Assembly: GCA_002269645.1 (NCBI GenBank)
Contig: NIVC01004268.1
Span: 1 to 52,324 of the forward strand
DNA: 52,324 nt
From: Macrostomum lignano
Taxonomy: Eukaryota
Direction of reading: 5' to 3'
Shown here in pieces: positions 33,008 through 46,144 of the stretch. A model generated the notes under the pieces. It ran no database searches, was not told the DNA's origin, and saw only the letters and a program-made list of their open reading frames with translations. Numbering within the stretch: the stretch's first letter is position 1; each line of letters starts with the position of its first letter. The translations under genes and the position numbers were made by a program.

Positions 33008-35058
33008 ACTGAGACCGCTGCCACCAGTGTAAGACCGTGGGTTGAGTTGCAGTGAATAACAAAAACGTGAGGAGACCTCACTGGTTCACGCCAATATATA
33101 AATTGCCAAAGTTAGGGGGGGGGGTGTAAAACCAACCCTTATAAGCACATGCACACACACGCCGCAGCGCTAAACCCCAACCCCCAAACAAGCCAGACGT
33201 GCACATCTAAGTGCTCACGCACCAACAAGCCAGACTACTTGGGGGCAGTCTTATTATTTATACTACCATGAGACGTGGTATGAAATGTGAGTGCGCCTGC
33301 AGTCGCAGAATATTGGATAGACGCTGCATGAGGATCAGAGGGTAAGATCACCAAAGTATTGAGCCGAACTTAACCAAATCAATAGCAGTAACTTCTAAAT
33401 TTAGTCCCCGTACGATGCGAACCACGAGAGAGCTCTGGGACCAGCACTGATCCCCATCCCCTGCGCTGCATCGAACCTAATCTACGTATACTGTAGGAAG
33501 GAAATTGCATTAAGATTGATTAAGATATTATTATCCACTCTTGGAATCTTGGGGCTTAGGAGGGAATTATAGTCTAAAACCGCTGACCGCTAAAACATCC
33601 CCCTATTGCAAAAGTCTAAAACGGTTAATCAAGCTAGAACCTTCGTCAGTTACAGTGTACAGATCGGGAGTCCAGTCTCGTTAGCTATAGTGGGAGTTTT
33701 TACCGGGTGTACGATCCTACACAGGTACCTGGTGGCGGCCGCGCCTCTTTGGCGTGTACCTTCAAACAAAACACCGCGCGGGCCGCTGTCATATACATGT
33801 ACTGGATGGCCGGGGGATCTTGGCCGCAACTTCAGCTTAATACCACAGCATCCAGAGCCGGACAAAGTCTTAGGGGACAAGAGTGCCTAATGCATGCAGG
33901 GGTTTGCGAGATACATGTAACGTGTTTGTATTGTATAGTAACGACTACAAACGGGGATTACATAGCTATACTCAGCTAAAAATCATCAGAGTTCAATCAA
34001 AAGCGTTATTTTGTTACATAGGAAATAACCTAACTTTCATGCATATGGAAGAATTCCTTCGTAAAAATATTCGCTGGAAAAATCTGCGCTATAAAAACTA
34101 CATGCTTCATCCATTCTACTTTAGCAGCTTCTAGCCATTTTACTTTGGTAGACCATCCAATGGTTTCGATAATACATGCACTTTTAGATTGCTTAGTTAT
34201 CAAAACAGCAACCCTTAGACTCTTGGCAGGCAAAGGTCCACTTTATCTTGTTTAAACAAGTGTATGCTTTGCAGAAATTCGGCGGCAAATTCAAACTCAT
34301 GATAATCACTAATTTCTGAGATCGATCGCCAATAAATCTTTAAGTGACGTACCTGTCACAGCTCACAGTCCAGTCACCCCACCCGGCGGTGGCGGTCTGG
34401 CGGACAGTCAGTGTCGTGTCGACAACACAGCCTCAGTTCCGTTAGTACCCCAAACGATAATGTCTTCCTCACGATTCACGAATCTATTAGACTTGACGAC
34501 CCTACTCTGCATTCTGCAATCTGCATTGTTTTCTTTTTTAACTTTGTATTTCATTTTCAGTAGGGCCTACGTCGTACGAGATTCGAGAAGTAGGCCTAGG
34601 GCCTATCAGATCAGTCCCAGAGTATGAGTAGTTAGGCTTGCTAGACTCGAGTCGAGGCTTATAATATATTATAATTTATCAGCCAGTCAGGTAGGTGTGA
34701 AACAACATCACAAGGCACATTTTATACAATTATAATACAATTACAATTATAATCATAGCGGTCCTAGGCCCCTAATAAATTCAAAAAAGAAATAGTTTCA
34801 GATTTTGGGCTTCCTAAAGTTTAGCCTACCTAGGCCTAGTTAGATAAATTGGTGTAGGCCTAGGCCTAAGAGTAAGACCAAGATGGCCCCAGCATTGAAT
34901 CTTTATTAGGCCAATATCTATTCTTTTTCTAGGCCTACCATTAATTAATTAGTACTTAATAGGCCTAGCTATTGTTATATTAATTATTATGTTGAATCAG
35001 TCATATTTATAAATACTGAATGCAATAATATAATTGAAACTAATTACTTAGGCCTATC

Positions 35059-35703
35059 CCATACTTAGGAAGGTGGCCTGCACGCGGGAATTTTCCCGCG
35101 GGCACAAGCCACGCTAAAATTTTGGTGTGCAAAGTTGGCGTGCAAATAGGGGTCTCAAGCCACGCCTAAATTTTCAGCGTACAAGTTTTTTACTTAGCGT
35201 GTAACCTTGGCCTGCAATTACAAACTGACAGTATATCAACAAGTCAGATATAGATGTATACACTATATATAGGCCTACAAGTTAAACGTGAACAATTGAA
35301 TTTGAATATTGATTAAACCAACTAGTTGAGGCTATAGCCTAGCCTACAGCCAGGCCTACACTCTACAGCCTACATTAAAATTAAAATATCCAATAACTTT
35401 TAAATGCTCTTATTTTGTGACTCTTGTAGACTTTTAGTTTTATTTGTTTCTTGAAATGTGAAGAAAAAGTTTTTGATACTCACTATGCTCTTTGTAGCAA
35501 ATTTCCTTTTTTATATAAACTTTGTTTAACGTAAGTAGAAAATTTATTTAAAAATAGTATCTAATACAGTTAATATTCAAGATTTTTGGCGTGCAACAGA
35601 AACGTCATGTTAAGGGTTTTAAAAAATTGGCGTACATTGGCGTGCACCAAGGATTTTTCCATAAATTGATTCCCGCGTGCACTTGCCACCTTCCTGACTA
35701 TGG
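35059..35703. mobile_element. hAT-type MITE (645 bp)
   Basis: ~30-bp TIRs CCATA(C/G)T(T/C)AGGAAGGTGGC...; 8-bp TSD GGCCTATC at 35051-35058 and 35704-35711. Confidence 0.85.
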
Positions 35704-36989
35704 GGCCTATCCAGAAAGCATAATACAAAAACTTTAATCTTTTTCAGTGTTTGTACTAATTTTCTTATCATTAGGCCTATATCTATCTATCAAATCTATT
35801 ACTATATTAATACTAGGCTTATCAGTTTACCAAAAAGCCATTGCTACTTGTAGTATTGCTATGCAAAAATTGGGATAAGTATGCAATGCAACAAGATATT
35901 TATTTTGTAGTAGGCTATTTGCTTTATTTAGCAGATAAATATCTATATAGGTCAGGCTACAATAAAAGCTAAAGCCAAAGGGAATGTTTTTAATACAATA
36001 TAATTCTATTATAGCAATTATCTCCCTAACATTTAAAGATCTATATCTAATATAAATTATTACCAATAGAAAAAAATGAATAAAATATATAGACCTAGCC
36101 CTAGGTCCTAGGCTTATCATCTATTTAGATATTTAAAGCTGCGGCCATCTTGGTGTATGGCCATCTTAGTCATGCATCAATAAATTAGTTGCAATTTTAA
36201 TGCTAATAGGATTATTTTTTATTTGAAATAATTTTTGGAATGCTTTTATCAATGAACCTTTTATTTTGTTAGGCCTTGCTTATTAGGCTAGGTTTAGAGT
36301 TTGGAAAAAAGCCTTGAAGTTTTTTACCATAGGCATATATATTATTCATATAGCTAGGTTAGTGGTCATTTCATTTGCTACCAGACAAAATGACTTTAAA
36401 ATAAGAAATAAAGAAAAGTTACATTTATTATAAAGCTTTTTTCAAATTAGATAACTAGGCTAAGGCCTATTGTAATTTTTTGTATGGTAAGATGTAAAAA
36501 AATTATGTTAAAGCCTAAGGTGTCATTTTTGTATATGTATATAATTTTGTTTATGACAATGACAATATTTCAAAAAAATTGATAACCCATTTAGGGCCTA
36601 CGCATTATATAATAGGGCCTATTTAAGCATCTAATAATATATAATAATTTTTATCAAAGAATATTAAAATAAATAAATGAGCTTATTTCTAAAAATGGCT
36701 TACTAATAGTAGCTAAACTATACACAAAGTATAGTATATATGACAAAATCCAAAAATTAGGGGAAAGTTTTTTGAAAATTAATTTTTAGAAATTTGATGA
36801 AAGCAATTAAGAAATAAAATAAATTTATTCTAGTTACAAAAAGTTAAAAAAATCTAGATCTATAATTATAAAAGCTCAAATTATATCCTTATCTTTAATA
36901 AAATGGTTTGTTAAAATTGTTATATTATGACTAAAATGATTCTACAAAAAATGAAAGAAAAGCTTTTGATACAACAACAACTAAATATG

Positions 36990-37245
36990 TGACCCTACAT
37001 GCATAGTCACAGTTAGCAGAATGCGTCAGATGGCACGCCGCAGAGCCTGGGAGCGAATAAAGTCCACTCCATTGGCAATGTTAGGTGCCCTAGCGTCACA
37101 CAGTAGGCAGTCCACGTATCAATGGGTTTGGGCCTGACCCCGCCTGAATGGACCCTGCAAGGTGATCAGCAGGACATCCTGAACAGGTTGGGGGCAGTAT
37201 CCCCTTGGCCTAGATCATGTGACCCACCAGTTGAGGTTGTTGCCA
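36990..37245 (-). mobile_element. 5'-truncated RTE-like LINE 3' fragment
   Basis: GC island in AT-rich intron; degenerate translation QLVGHMI...PVQDVLLITLQGPFRRGQ..YVDCL resembles an RTE ORF2 C-terminus. Confidence 0.5.
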
Positions 37246-38556
37246 GCATAGATTTTGATAATATATTTATTAACTTTAGTTTAAGTATCCTATATTATTA
37301 ATTTCTATAATGCTACAACATATTTAGCATTATTTTCAAGGGTTTATTTGTTTATATCACTTTGTTAGGGCCTACTATTGACAACAAATAATGCTATTGA
37401 TAACAAATAATTCTATTTTTTTAGAATTTATCTGCAATAATTATTGTATTCAGTATAAGTTTATTATTGAGTATACAAGTTCCCTAAAGGATTGTAAATC
37501 ATAATTTCTTGCTTTTAAAAAATCAATTTAGAAAATCCTTTCTTTTTTATATATACAACACAATGATACATATTTTAGTGTAATTTCATTGTTTCTTTGT
37601 CACTTAATAAGCTATTTACTTTTAGAGAGAAATATTTGCTGGCAAACTTTGCACTTGAAGATAGCATGAATTTTTGAGAGTTTGCGTTTTTTAGAAAAAA
37701 GTTAGAAATCCTTAAAATAAAATAAAAAGCAATTTGAAAACATAAATCATTTTTATGAATTTAGGCTTTATATTGATCAGATAGAAATGAAAACACATTT
37801 TCTATAGACAGTGGTAGCAAGTGTTAAGTGATATTATATCCTATCTCCTAAATTTAAAACATTGTATAGCATTGTTTTTAAAAAAAAAATTCTGAAAATA
37901 ATATATACCCTACATCTCAAGAGCCTTTTTGCAATATAGCTTTGCTCTCTATAATATAGAACTTTTGTATCTAGAGATATTTTTGTCCTGTGTACCTCTA
38001 AATGTTTTTTAGTGCTTGGTTGATCAGTTTAGGCCTACTTGCCTTAGCAATTTTTATAAAAAATAAAACCCAGTTTAACTTTTTTTACTTTTGATTTTTA
38101 AATTTAAAATAGTTCTGCTATTTTACTATTTAATTGAGTAGGTGTACAAGGAGTTGATATTTTGATGTTTTGTACTACACACAATTTTAGCTCATATTTT
38201 TATGTCTGTACAAATATATAAGAAAACTATACAAATTGCAAACAAGCATTATAAGATCAATAGAGTGATATGAAAGGCTATAAAGACAAGCCTTCACTCT
38301 GCTTTTAACAAAGCAAATTATCTTGTTATTTATTACAGCTCCTGAATATTGAACTTTATATTGTGCTTGATAAGTTGTTGTTTATGTCAAGAAAGATAAA
38401 CAAGTTCTTTAAAAGTTCTAATTTATGAAGGAAGTTTTAAAAACCAAAAAATTAAACACTATTAACTTTACTCCAACTGTTTTGAAAAATTTATGCTTAA
38501 AAAGCAACTAGTAACAGAAATCACTGATTTTTTCAACTTTGCAAAATTAAGGCAGA

Positions 38557-39459
38557 ATGTCTTACCAGCAGCCACCACCGCCACCGCCGCCTTACTACCC
38601 TCCACCTGGTGGTCAGCCGCCTCACACTACACAGCCGCCAAAGTATGAAAGCGATCCATTGAATACTGGAGTCGCTGGTGGCAGGGGCTATTATCAGGTA
38701 ATGCTTACAGTCTGTTGCTTGAATTATGTATATGTCTCGCATTGGGTCAACAAAAGCCCGGATCCTCAGTTGCTGGGCCAGCTTCCTAGATCCTCAGTTG
38801 CTGGGCCAGCTTCCTAGATCCTCAGTTGCTGGGCCAGCTTCCTAGATCCTCAGTTGCTGGGCCAGCTTCCTAGATCCTCAGTTGCTGGGCCAGCTTCCTA
38901 GATCCTCAGTTGCTGGGTCAGCCTCCCAGATCCTCATTTGCTGGGCCAGCCTCCCAGATCCTCAGTTGCTGGGTCAGCCTCCCAGATCCTCAGTTGCTGG
39001 GCCAGCCTCCCAGATCCTCAGTTGCTGGGTCAGCCTCCCAGATCTTCAGTTGCTGGGTCAGCCTCCCAGATCCCCCCCCCCCAGTTGCTGGGACAGCCTC
39101 CCAGATCCCCCCCCCCAGTTGCTGGGTCAGCCTCCCAGATCCCCAGCTGTACACTACCAGTCAATACTTCTCACCCGCAGGCCACCGGAGGCCCAGGCCC
39201 GTCCGCCGGCACCACCACCATCATAATCCGCGAGTTCGGGCCCTACCCGTCCAGCATCGAGTGCCCGTTCTGCCGCTGTCACGTGCTCACTAGCGTGAGC
39301 TACACCCCCGGCTGTCTGGCCTGGCTCAGCGGCTCCCTGCTGTGCCTGTTCGGCCTGTGGCCCTGCGCCTGCATCCCCTGCTGCATCAACGACTGCCAGG
39401 ATGCCAGGCACTTTTGCCCGCACTGCGGCCAGTATCTGGGCACCTATGCTAGAATTTAA
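38557..39459 (+). CDS. LITAF: LITAF-domain protein, 139 aa (coding exons 38557-38697, 39181-39459)
   Basis: Pro-rich N-terminus with PPPY/PPKY-type motifs; CPFC, hydrophobic Cys-rich segment, HFCPHC; GT/AG phase-0 intron. Confidence 0.9.
38761..39146. repeat. 28-bp minisatellite in the LITAF intron, ~13 copies
   Basis: Unit GATCCTCAGTTGCTGGGCCAGCTTCCTA. Confidence 0.95.
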
Positions 39460-39659
39460 ACTATACTTTTACTTTTCAATATAAAAAGTGTTTTTGAGGA
39501 TGGTTTTAAACAAGCTTTGTTATTTTGCTTTTTTGTCTTAATTCACAAAGAACTAAACATGTATTTTTTTCGTTTTTAGAAGTACCGACTGATTATTCCT
39601 GAATCATTAAAAAATTATTATTTTTTAATTTATACAATTTCGAAGCACTAATTATCAAT

Positions 39660-40283
39660 TCTACTCTGAGAATCGTCTCAAATCTATCCTAGAATCACCT
39701 CAAATCTACCCTGAGAATTGCTTCAAATCTACTCTGAGAATCACCTCAAATCTACCCTGAGAATCGCTTCAAATCTACTCTGAGAATCACCTCAAATCTA
39801 CCATGAGAATCGCTTCAAATCTACTCTGAGAATCACCTCAAATCTACCCTGAGAATCGCTTCAAATCTACTCTGAGAATCGCCTCAAATCTACCCTGAAA
39901 ATCGCCTCAAATCTACTCTGAGAATCGCCTCAAATCTACCCTGAGAATCGCTTCAAATCTATCCTGAGAATCACCTCAAATCTACCCTGAGAATCGCTTC
40001 AAATCTACCCTGAGAATCGCTTCAAATCTACTCTGAGAATCGCCTCAAATCTACCCTGAGAATCGCTTCAAATCTATCCTGAGAATCACCTCAAATCTAC
40101 CCTGAGAATCGCTTCAAATCTATCCTGAGAATCACCTCAAATCTACCCTAAGAATCGCTTCAAATCTACCCTGAGAATCGCTTCAAATCTACCCTGAGAA
40201 TCACCTCAAATCTACCCTGAGAATCACCTCAAAAAATCTACTCTGAGAATCGCTTCAAATCTACCCTGAGAACTGTCTCAAAT
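39660..40283. repeat. 23-bp tandem repeat, ~26 copies
   Basis: Unit TCAAATCTACCCTGAGAATCGCT. Confidence 0.95.
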
Positions 40284-40455
40284 CAGTCATGCGCAACCTT
40301 GGGATTCACTCGGCCGTTTCTATTGGCGACACACACATGTAAGTCGCTATTGGAGGGAATAGTAGTCACGTGACAGCTCTCAGCCAATAGCGACTTACAT
40401 GTGTGTGTTGCCAGTGGAGGCGGCCGGGTGAATCCCTAGGTTGCGCCCAAGCATG
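40284..40455. mobile_element. Foldback hAT-type MITE (172 bp)
   Basis: ~65-bp inverted arms; CA...TG ends; 8-bp TSD TCTCAAAT at 40276-40283 and 40456-40463. Confidence 0.8.
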
Positions 40456-40979
40456 TCTCAAATCTACCCTGAGCATCGCTTCAAATCTTCCTTAAACTAA
40501 GATTTAAACCGCGTTCAAAACTACTCTGCAGAATTGCACTTAAGATGCAAATAGTTCCGCTACCATTTAAAGTACAAGAATTTGATAGGTGTACTTTTAA
40601 TTATCAACATCGTGTTGATCTGTAAAACAACCGCATGCCCGCATTTCGTGTCACTGTCACTATTTCTGATTTCAGAGACTCGCTTGTGATCTACTTTGAG
40701 TAGTATTTTTCTAATTAAATTTTTTTTCCGGCACTGGTGGATAGCCTTGTGTATGGCTGTGTAAATTAGAAGTTCTTCAAATGTACATTATAAATGGTGT
40801 ATGGGCATTGTACCTCTTAAAATGATTTTTTAAGTCCTTGATTTTTATTCTTGATTCTATTGTCATTCACTGTCATTCCCTTCATGCGTTCTGAGCTTTC
40901 CGTAAAAGTTGTGTTATTTCTCAGTATTTATCTATTCCACTGGAAGAGAAATGAAAACGAGTATGAATTGGGATTAGAT

Positions 40980-41260
40980 GGGTAAGAGGGGAGAAGACAG
41001 AGGAGAGAGAAGGGAGAGAGGAAGGGAGCGGGGGAGAGAAGAAGGGATCGGGGGAGACAAGAAGGAAGAGGGGGGAGAGAAAAGGGAGAGGGGAGAGAAG
41101 AAGGGAGCGGGGAGAGAAGAAGGGAGCGGGGAGAGAAGAAGGGAGCGGGGGAGAGAAGGGAGCGGGGGAGAGAAGGGAGCGGGGGAGAGAAGAAGGGAGA
41201 GGGGAGAGATGAAGGGAGAGGGGAGAGAAGAAGGGAGAGGGGCGAGAAGGAAGAGCGAGA
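40980..41260. repeat. Polypurine low-complexity tract
   Basis: GAGAAGAAGGGAGCGGG-type units. Confidence 0.9.
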
Positions 41261-41846
41261 ATAAAGGATATCATATTAAACAGAGGAGGATATTGAGAGG
41301 CTCATAATAACAGGGACTGAGCTGTTGACAAAAGGCAACATCAAAGGAACAAGAGCGGCAAAGGAACAGACCTATCTGTAAAAAAGCAGGCAACTGTGTT
41401 TGCTTTTCAATCTGAACAGGACAGACAGCGTTATGCTTGGCTCAGCTTCAGTCTCAATGTATTCTAGAGCGCGTCTGTCATTGAGAGAAAGTGCAAATCT
41501 GGCTAATTGGTCTCACCCTCTTTCCTAATGCTTCTTTCTATTTTGTTGCTGCGAATGGGTATTGCTCGTAATTACAAAGTTTATCACAAGAAGGCTTTGC
41601 CTATTTTTTCTCTTTCCTAAATTCTCAATCCACTCTTTATCCAGCCTGTCGGAATAATTGCGATAATACAGTTTTGTTAATTCGGTGCCAGCCTTTTGCT
41701 ATTTATTCAGTGCAAAATACTTCAAAATCTTGATGCTGTTCGTGTTTGAATTTCTTTTAATTTTTGAAGTTTCTGTCGCCATGCTAGGCATGTCTGTAGA
41801 AAGAGTCTAATAATTCACTTCTAGAGCTGGGTAAAAATTAACCCAG

Positions 41847-42880
41847 GTGACACTTCATTTGGCGCCTCCTGTGACACTTAATTTGGCGCCTCCTGTGACA
41901 CTTAATTTGGCGCCTCCTGTGACATTTAGTTTGGCGCCTCCTGTGATACATAATTTGGCGCCTCCTGTGACACTTTATTTGGCGCCTCCTGTGACACTTA
42001 ATTTGGCGCCTCCTGTGGCGTCATTTGGCGCCTCCTGTGGCGTCATTTGGCGCCTCCTGTGACACTTAGTTTGGCGCCTCCTGTGACACTTCATTTGGCG
42101 CCTCCTGTGACAGTTATTTTGGCGCCTCCTGTGACACTTCATTTGGCGCCTCCTGTGACACTTCATTTGGCGCCTCCTGTGACACTTCATTTGGCGCCTC
42201 CTGTGCCATTTAGTTTGGCGCCTCCTGTGACACTTCATTTGGCGCCTCCTGTGCCATTTAGTTTGGCGCCTCCTGTGACACTTCATTTGGCGCCTCCTGT
42301 GACAGTTAGTTTGGCGCCTCCTGTGACACTTCATTTGGCGCCTCCTGTGACACTTCATTTGGCGCCTCCTGTGCCATTTAGTTTGGCGCCTCCTGTGACA
42401 ATTCATTTGGCGCCTCCTGTGACAGTTAGTTTGGCGCCTCCTGTGACATTTTATTTGGCGCCTCCTGTGACAGTTAGTTTGGCGCCTCCTGTGACAGTTA
42501 GTTTGGCGCCTCCTGTGACATTTAGTTTGGCGCCTCCTGTGACATTAAGTTTGGCGCCTCCTGTGACATTTAGTTTGGCACCTCCTGTGACAGTTAGTTT
42601 GGCGCCTCCTGTGACATTTAGTTTGGCGTCTCCTGTGACATTTAGTTTGGCGCCTCCTGTGACAGTTAGTTTGGCGTCTCCTGTGAAATTTAGTTTGGCG
42701 CCTCCTGTGACACTTCATTTGGCGCCTGTAACACCTAATGTGGCGCCCTGTGACACTCAAATGTGTCACTTCTTTGACACTCAAATGTGTCACTTCTTTG
42801 ACACTCAAATGTGTCACTTCTTTGACACTCAAATGTGTCATCATTGTGACACCAATGTGTGACACCTAATGTGACGCCAC
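41847..42880. repeat. 24-bp minisatellite (~36 copies), then a 24-bp GACACTCAAATGTGTCACTTCTTT tail
   Basis: Unit TTCATTTGGCGCCTCCTGTGACAC. Confidence 0.95.
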
Positions 42881-43229
42881 TGTCAGATGCCCAGTGCAGT
42901 GAATCGCCTGGGCGATTATGCTGAGTGAATTGCAGTCAGAGCCAATCAGCGATCTCGTCGATATGCCTGCCTACTTGTACTCGAGTTACCCCGCTCTATC
43001 TTGCCTTTATACAGTCAAACTGCAGCTCTGCCGCAATTGCGTTGCCTCAAACGCATATCTTAGCGACCTAGTCGTATTATTGCTGCCTGCTTAAAAATTT
43101 AACGAATCTGCAGTGATACCGGCGCTTCGAGATTCGGTAAGTGAGCTAGCCGTTCACGAAAATAAGTGATAATATCACTATTGTCCAATGTCATAAAGCT
43201 GATCATATTTATGTTCATTAGTGACTTGC

Positions 43230-43604
43230 GCAATCAATTTTTATTAACTTGCCATAATGAGTGCCTGCGGCGCCAAAATGAGTGCCTGCGGCGCCAAAAT
43301 GAGTGCCTGAGGCGCCAAAATGAGTGCCTGAGGCGCCAAAAGGAGAGCCTGAGGCGCCAAAATGAGTGCCTGCGGCGCCAAAAGGAGAGCCTGAGGCGCC
43401 AAAATGAGGGCCTTCGGCGTCAAAATGAGAGCCTGGGGCGCCAAAATGAGAGCCTGAGGCGCCAAAATGAGAGCCTGAGGCGCCAAAATTAGTGCTAGCA
43501 ACACCGATTTTCAAAATAATGCACATGCAGGAACTTTAGTCGTGTACAAGCAGAGTTCTTGGCTTCCCCCCCCCCCACCATGATAAAATACATGGCGACG
43601 GCCC
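43230..43604 (-). mobile_element. Partial relative of the 27563 MITE with expanded 21-bp array (43257-43490)
   Basis: Shares CGTCGCCATG-ATTTTAT end and CATTTTGGCGCC(G/T)CAGG units in the opposite orientation; other TIR not found. Confidence 0.55.
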
Positions 43605-44029
43605 ATCTCTCAGGTCAGCAGTCCTTGCTGTCATGCAGTCAGTCTCTTACTCCGCTAAATGCAGAGCCAGTATGGATTTATGCATATTTCATATTTCATA
43701 TCGCGATATCTTCAAGTACGGGAACACTGCCGCTGCAGGCTCCCTGCTGTGCGTGTTAGGGGGGTGTAATGCTGCTGACACCTATATTTAGCTGAGAATT
43801 CCCCAAGGAGCTGTAGGCCGCTGGCTCAGCAAATGTTGATTGCAGCTATCGGCATATGCAATTTTTTGTTTCTGGCTTCAATGTAATGTTTACACTTCCT
43901 GTATGACTGTTGCATGTACATAGCATGTGCATGTAATAGCTCAAACTACTTTCGTTATTATTGTCAATTTATGTAATTTATAGTCATTTTTACAGCCCTA
44001 CATAATAGATATAGTAACTGAGTCTATTA

Positions 44030-45045
44030 CTAGTAACTGAGTCTACTACTAGTAACTGAGTTTCTTACTAGTAACAGAGTCTATTTCTAGTAACTGAGTC
44101 TATTACTAGTAACTGAGTCTATTACTAGTAACTGAGTCTATCATTAGTAACTGAGTCTATTACTAGTAACTGAATCTACTACTAGTAACTGAGTTTCTTA
44201 CTAGTAACAGAGTCTATTTCTAGTAACTGAGTCTATCATTAGTAACTGAGTCTATTACTAGTAACTGAATCTACTACTAGTAACTGAGTTTCTTACTAGT
44301 AACAGAGTCTATTTCTAGTAACTGAGTCTATCATTAGTAACTGAGTCTATTACTAGTAACTGAATCTACTACTAGTAACTGAGTTTCTTACTAGTAACAG
44401 AGTCTATTTCTAGTAACTGAGTCTATTACTAGTAACTGAGTCTATTACTAGTAACTGAATCTACTACTAGTAACTGAGTTTCTTACTAGTAACAGAGTCT
44501 ATTTCTAGTAACTGAGTCTATTACTAGTAACTGAATCTACTACTAGTAACTGAGTTTCTTACTAGTAACAGAGTCTATTTCTAGTAACTGAGTCTATTAC
44601 TAGTAACAGAGTCTATTTCTAGTAACTGAGTCTATTACTAGTAACTGAGCCTATTACTAGTAACTGAACCTATTACTAGTAACTGAGCCTATTACTAGTA
44701 ACTGAACCTATTACTAGTAACTGAGCCTATTACTAGTAACTGAGTCTATTACTAGTAACTGAGCCTATTACTAGTAACTGAACCTATTACTAGTAACTGA
44801 GCCTATTACTAGTAACTGAACCTATTACTAGTAACTGAGCCTATTACTAGTAACTGAGCCTATTACTAGTAACTGAGCCTATTACTAGTAACTGAGCCTA
44901 TTACTAGTAACTGAGCCTATTACTAGTAACTGAGCCTATTACTAGTAACTGAGCCTATTACTAGTAACTGAGCCTATTACTAGTAACTGAGTTTCTTACT
45001 AGTAACTGAGTTCATATTACTAGTAGATGAATCCAATACGAGTAA
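44030..45045. repeat. 19-bp satellite, ~50 copies
   Basis: Unit TATTACTAGTAACTGAGTC with patterned variants. Confidence 0.95.
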
Positions 45046-45504
45046 CTATTTCCAAAAACCTGTTTAAAACTTGAAGCTCATCTGAACTTTGCTTTTTCTG
45101 TATTTTCTGTGTGTCTGACCATCAGGGTTTCCCTAATCTATGTCTGTAGTCGAAGTTCAATGTCTCAAACACGAGCTATTTCGAAGAAATTGTCCGATTT
45201 CTAGTTCGCCAAAGTCTTAAGCCACTCGCTGGGATTTGAGTTGCAGAAAGCTGATAGCACCCGACCCAGTTTCCAGGCCGCGTCCGCTCGGCTGCATCAG
45301 GAGAACTTGATCTGGCTTTTCCGCATGAAAAGTTTTCTTTCTCTGTAGCGAGTCTTTGACTATGAATTCGAGTTTGAATTCGCCTTGAGGCGCGAGACGG
45401 ACTCGCAGCTTTGCTGCTTTGCGGAAAATCCCAGTTTTCAGACTCTCCATTGTCTATTGATTTCTCAGCTGTTTGTCTGCCTTTGCTCGACTAATTTTTT
45501 CTGA

Positions 45505-45620
45505 TTGATTGATTACCTGCTTGCTTTCTTTCTTTCTTGCTTGATTGATTGATGGACCGATTGGTTGATTGATTGGCTGATTGTTTGATTGATTGATTGA
45601 TTGATTGATTGACTGATTGG

Positions 45621-45654
<34 letters not shown>

Positions 45655-45740
45655 AGCTGATTGATTGATTGAATGATTGATTGATTAGCTGATTGATTGA
45701 TAGATTCATTGATTGATTGATTGATTAACTGATTGGCTGG

Positions 45741-45773
<33 letters not shown>

Positions 45774-45860
45774 GGAATTACGGATTGAATTGATCAACTG
45801 ATTGATTGATAGATTGATTAACTGATTGATTAGTTAAATGATTAATTGACTAATTCATTT
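45505..45860. repeat. (GATT)n microsatellite
   Basis: Direct reading. Confidence 0.95.
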
Positions 45861-46144
45861 GATTACTGGTGTACATATGCGAGCAAGATATTTCTGATGC
45901 TCATTGTTTACAAACAAGATTAGCAAGCAATTTTCGCTCTTAAACCATGCAGACACCTGGGATTTACGCTTCAATTTCGTTCGACAAAAAATCCCCATTA
46001 GCTCGGGGCTTTACGGCTGAGCAACCTGAGACTGTCTCCATCAGTCAGAATCTCTCCGCTGTTTCCAGTCGAACAGCAGATCCGGCATACGGCTGCCCGT
46101 CAAGAAATTCGGTTAAAATTAAAATTTAAAATTTCTACAATGTG

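Larger units (their letters stand above)
29863..33239 (-). mobile_element. Decayed Ty3/Gypsy retrotransposon with PR-RT deletion
   Basis: ~200-bp diverged LTRs 29863-30058 and 33028-33239; PBS 33014-33026 (13-nt tRNA-Leu match); PPT AGGGGGGAAGTAG 30071-30059; TSD unclear. Confidence 0.9.

Noticed and set aside
28953-33949. Larger TGTAGTC...GACTACA element hosting the second Gypsy
   Set aside because: Promoter-like motifs at 29240-29700, but flanks (TTAA vs AACG) give no TSD
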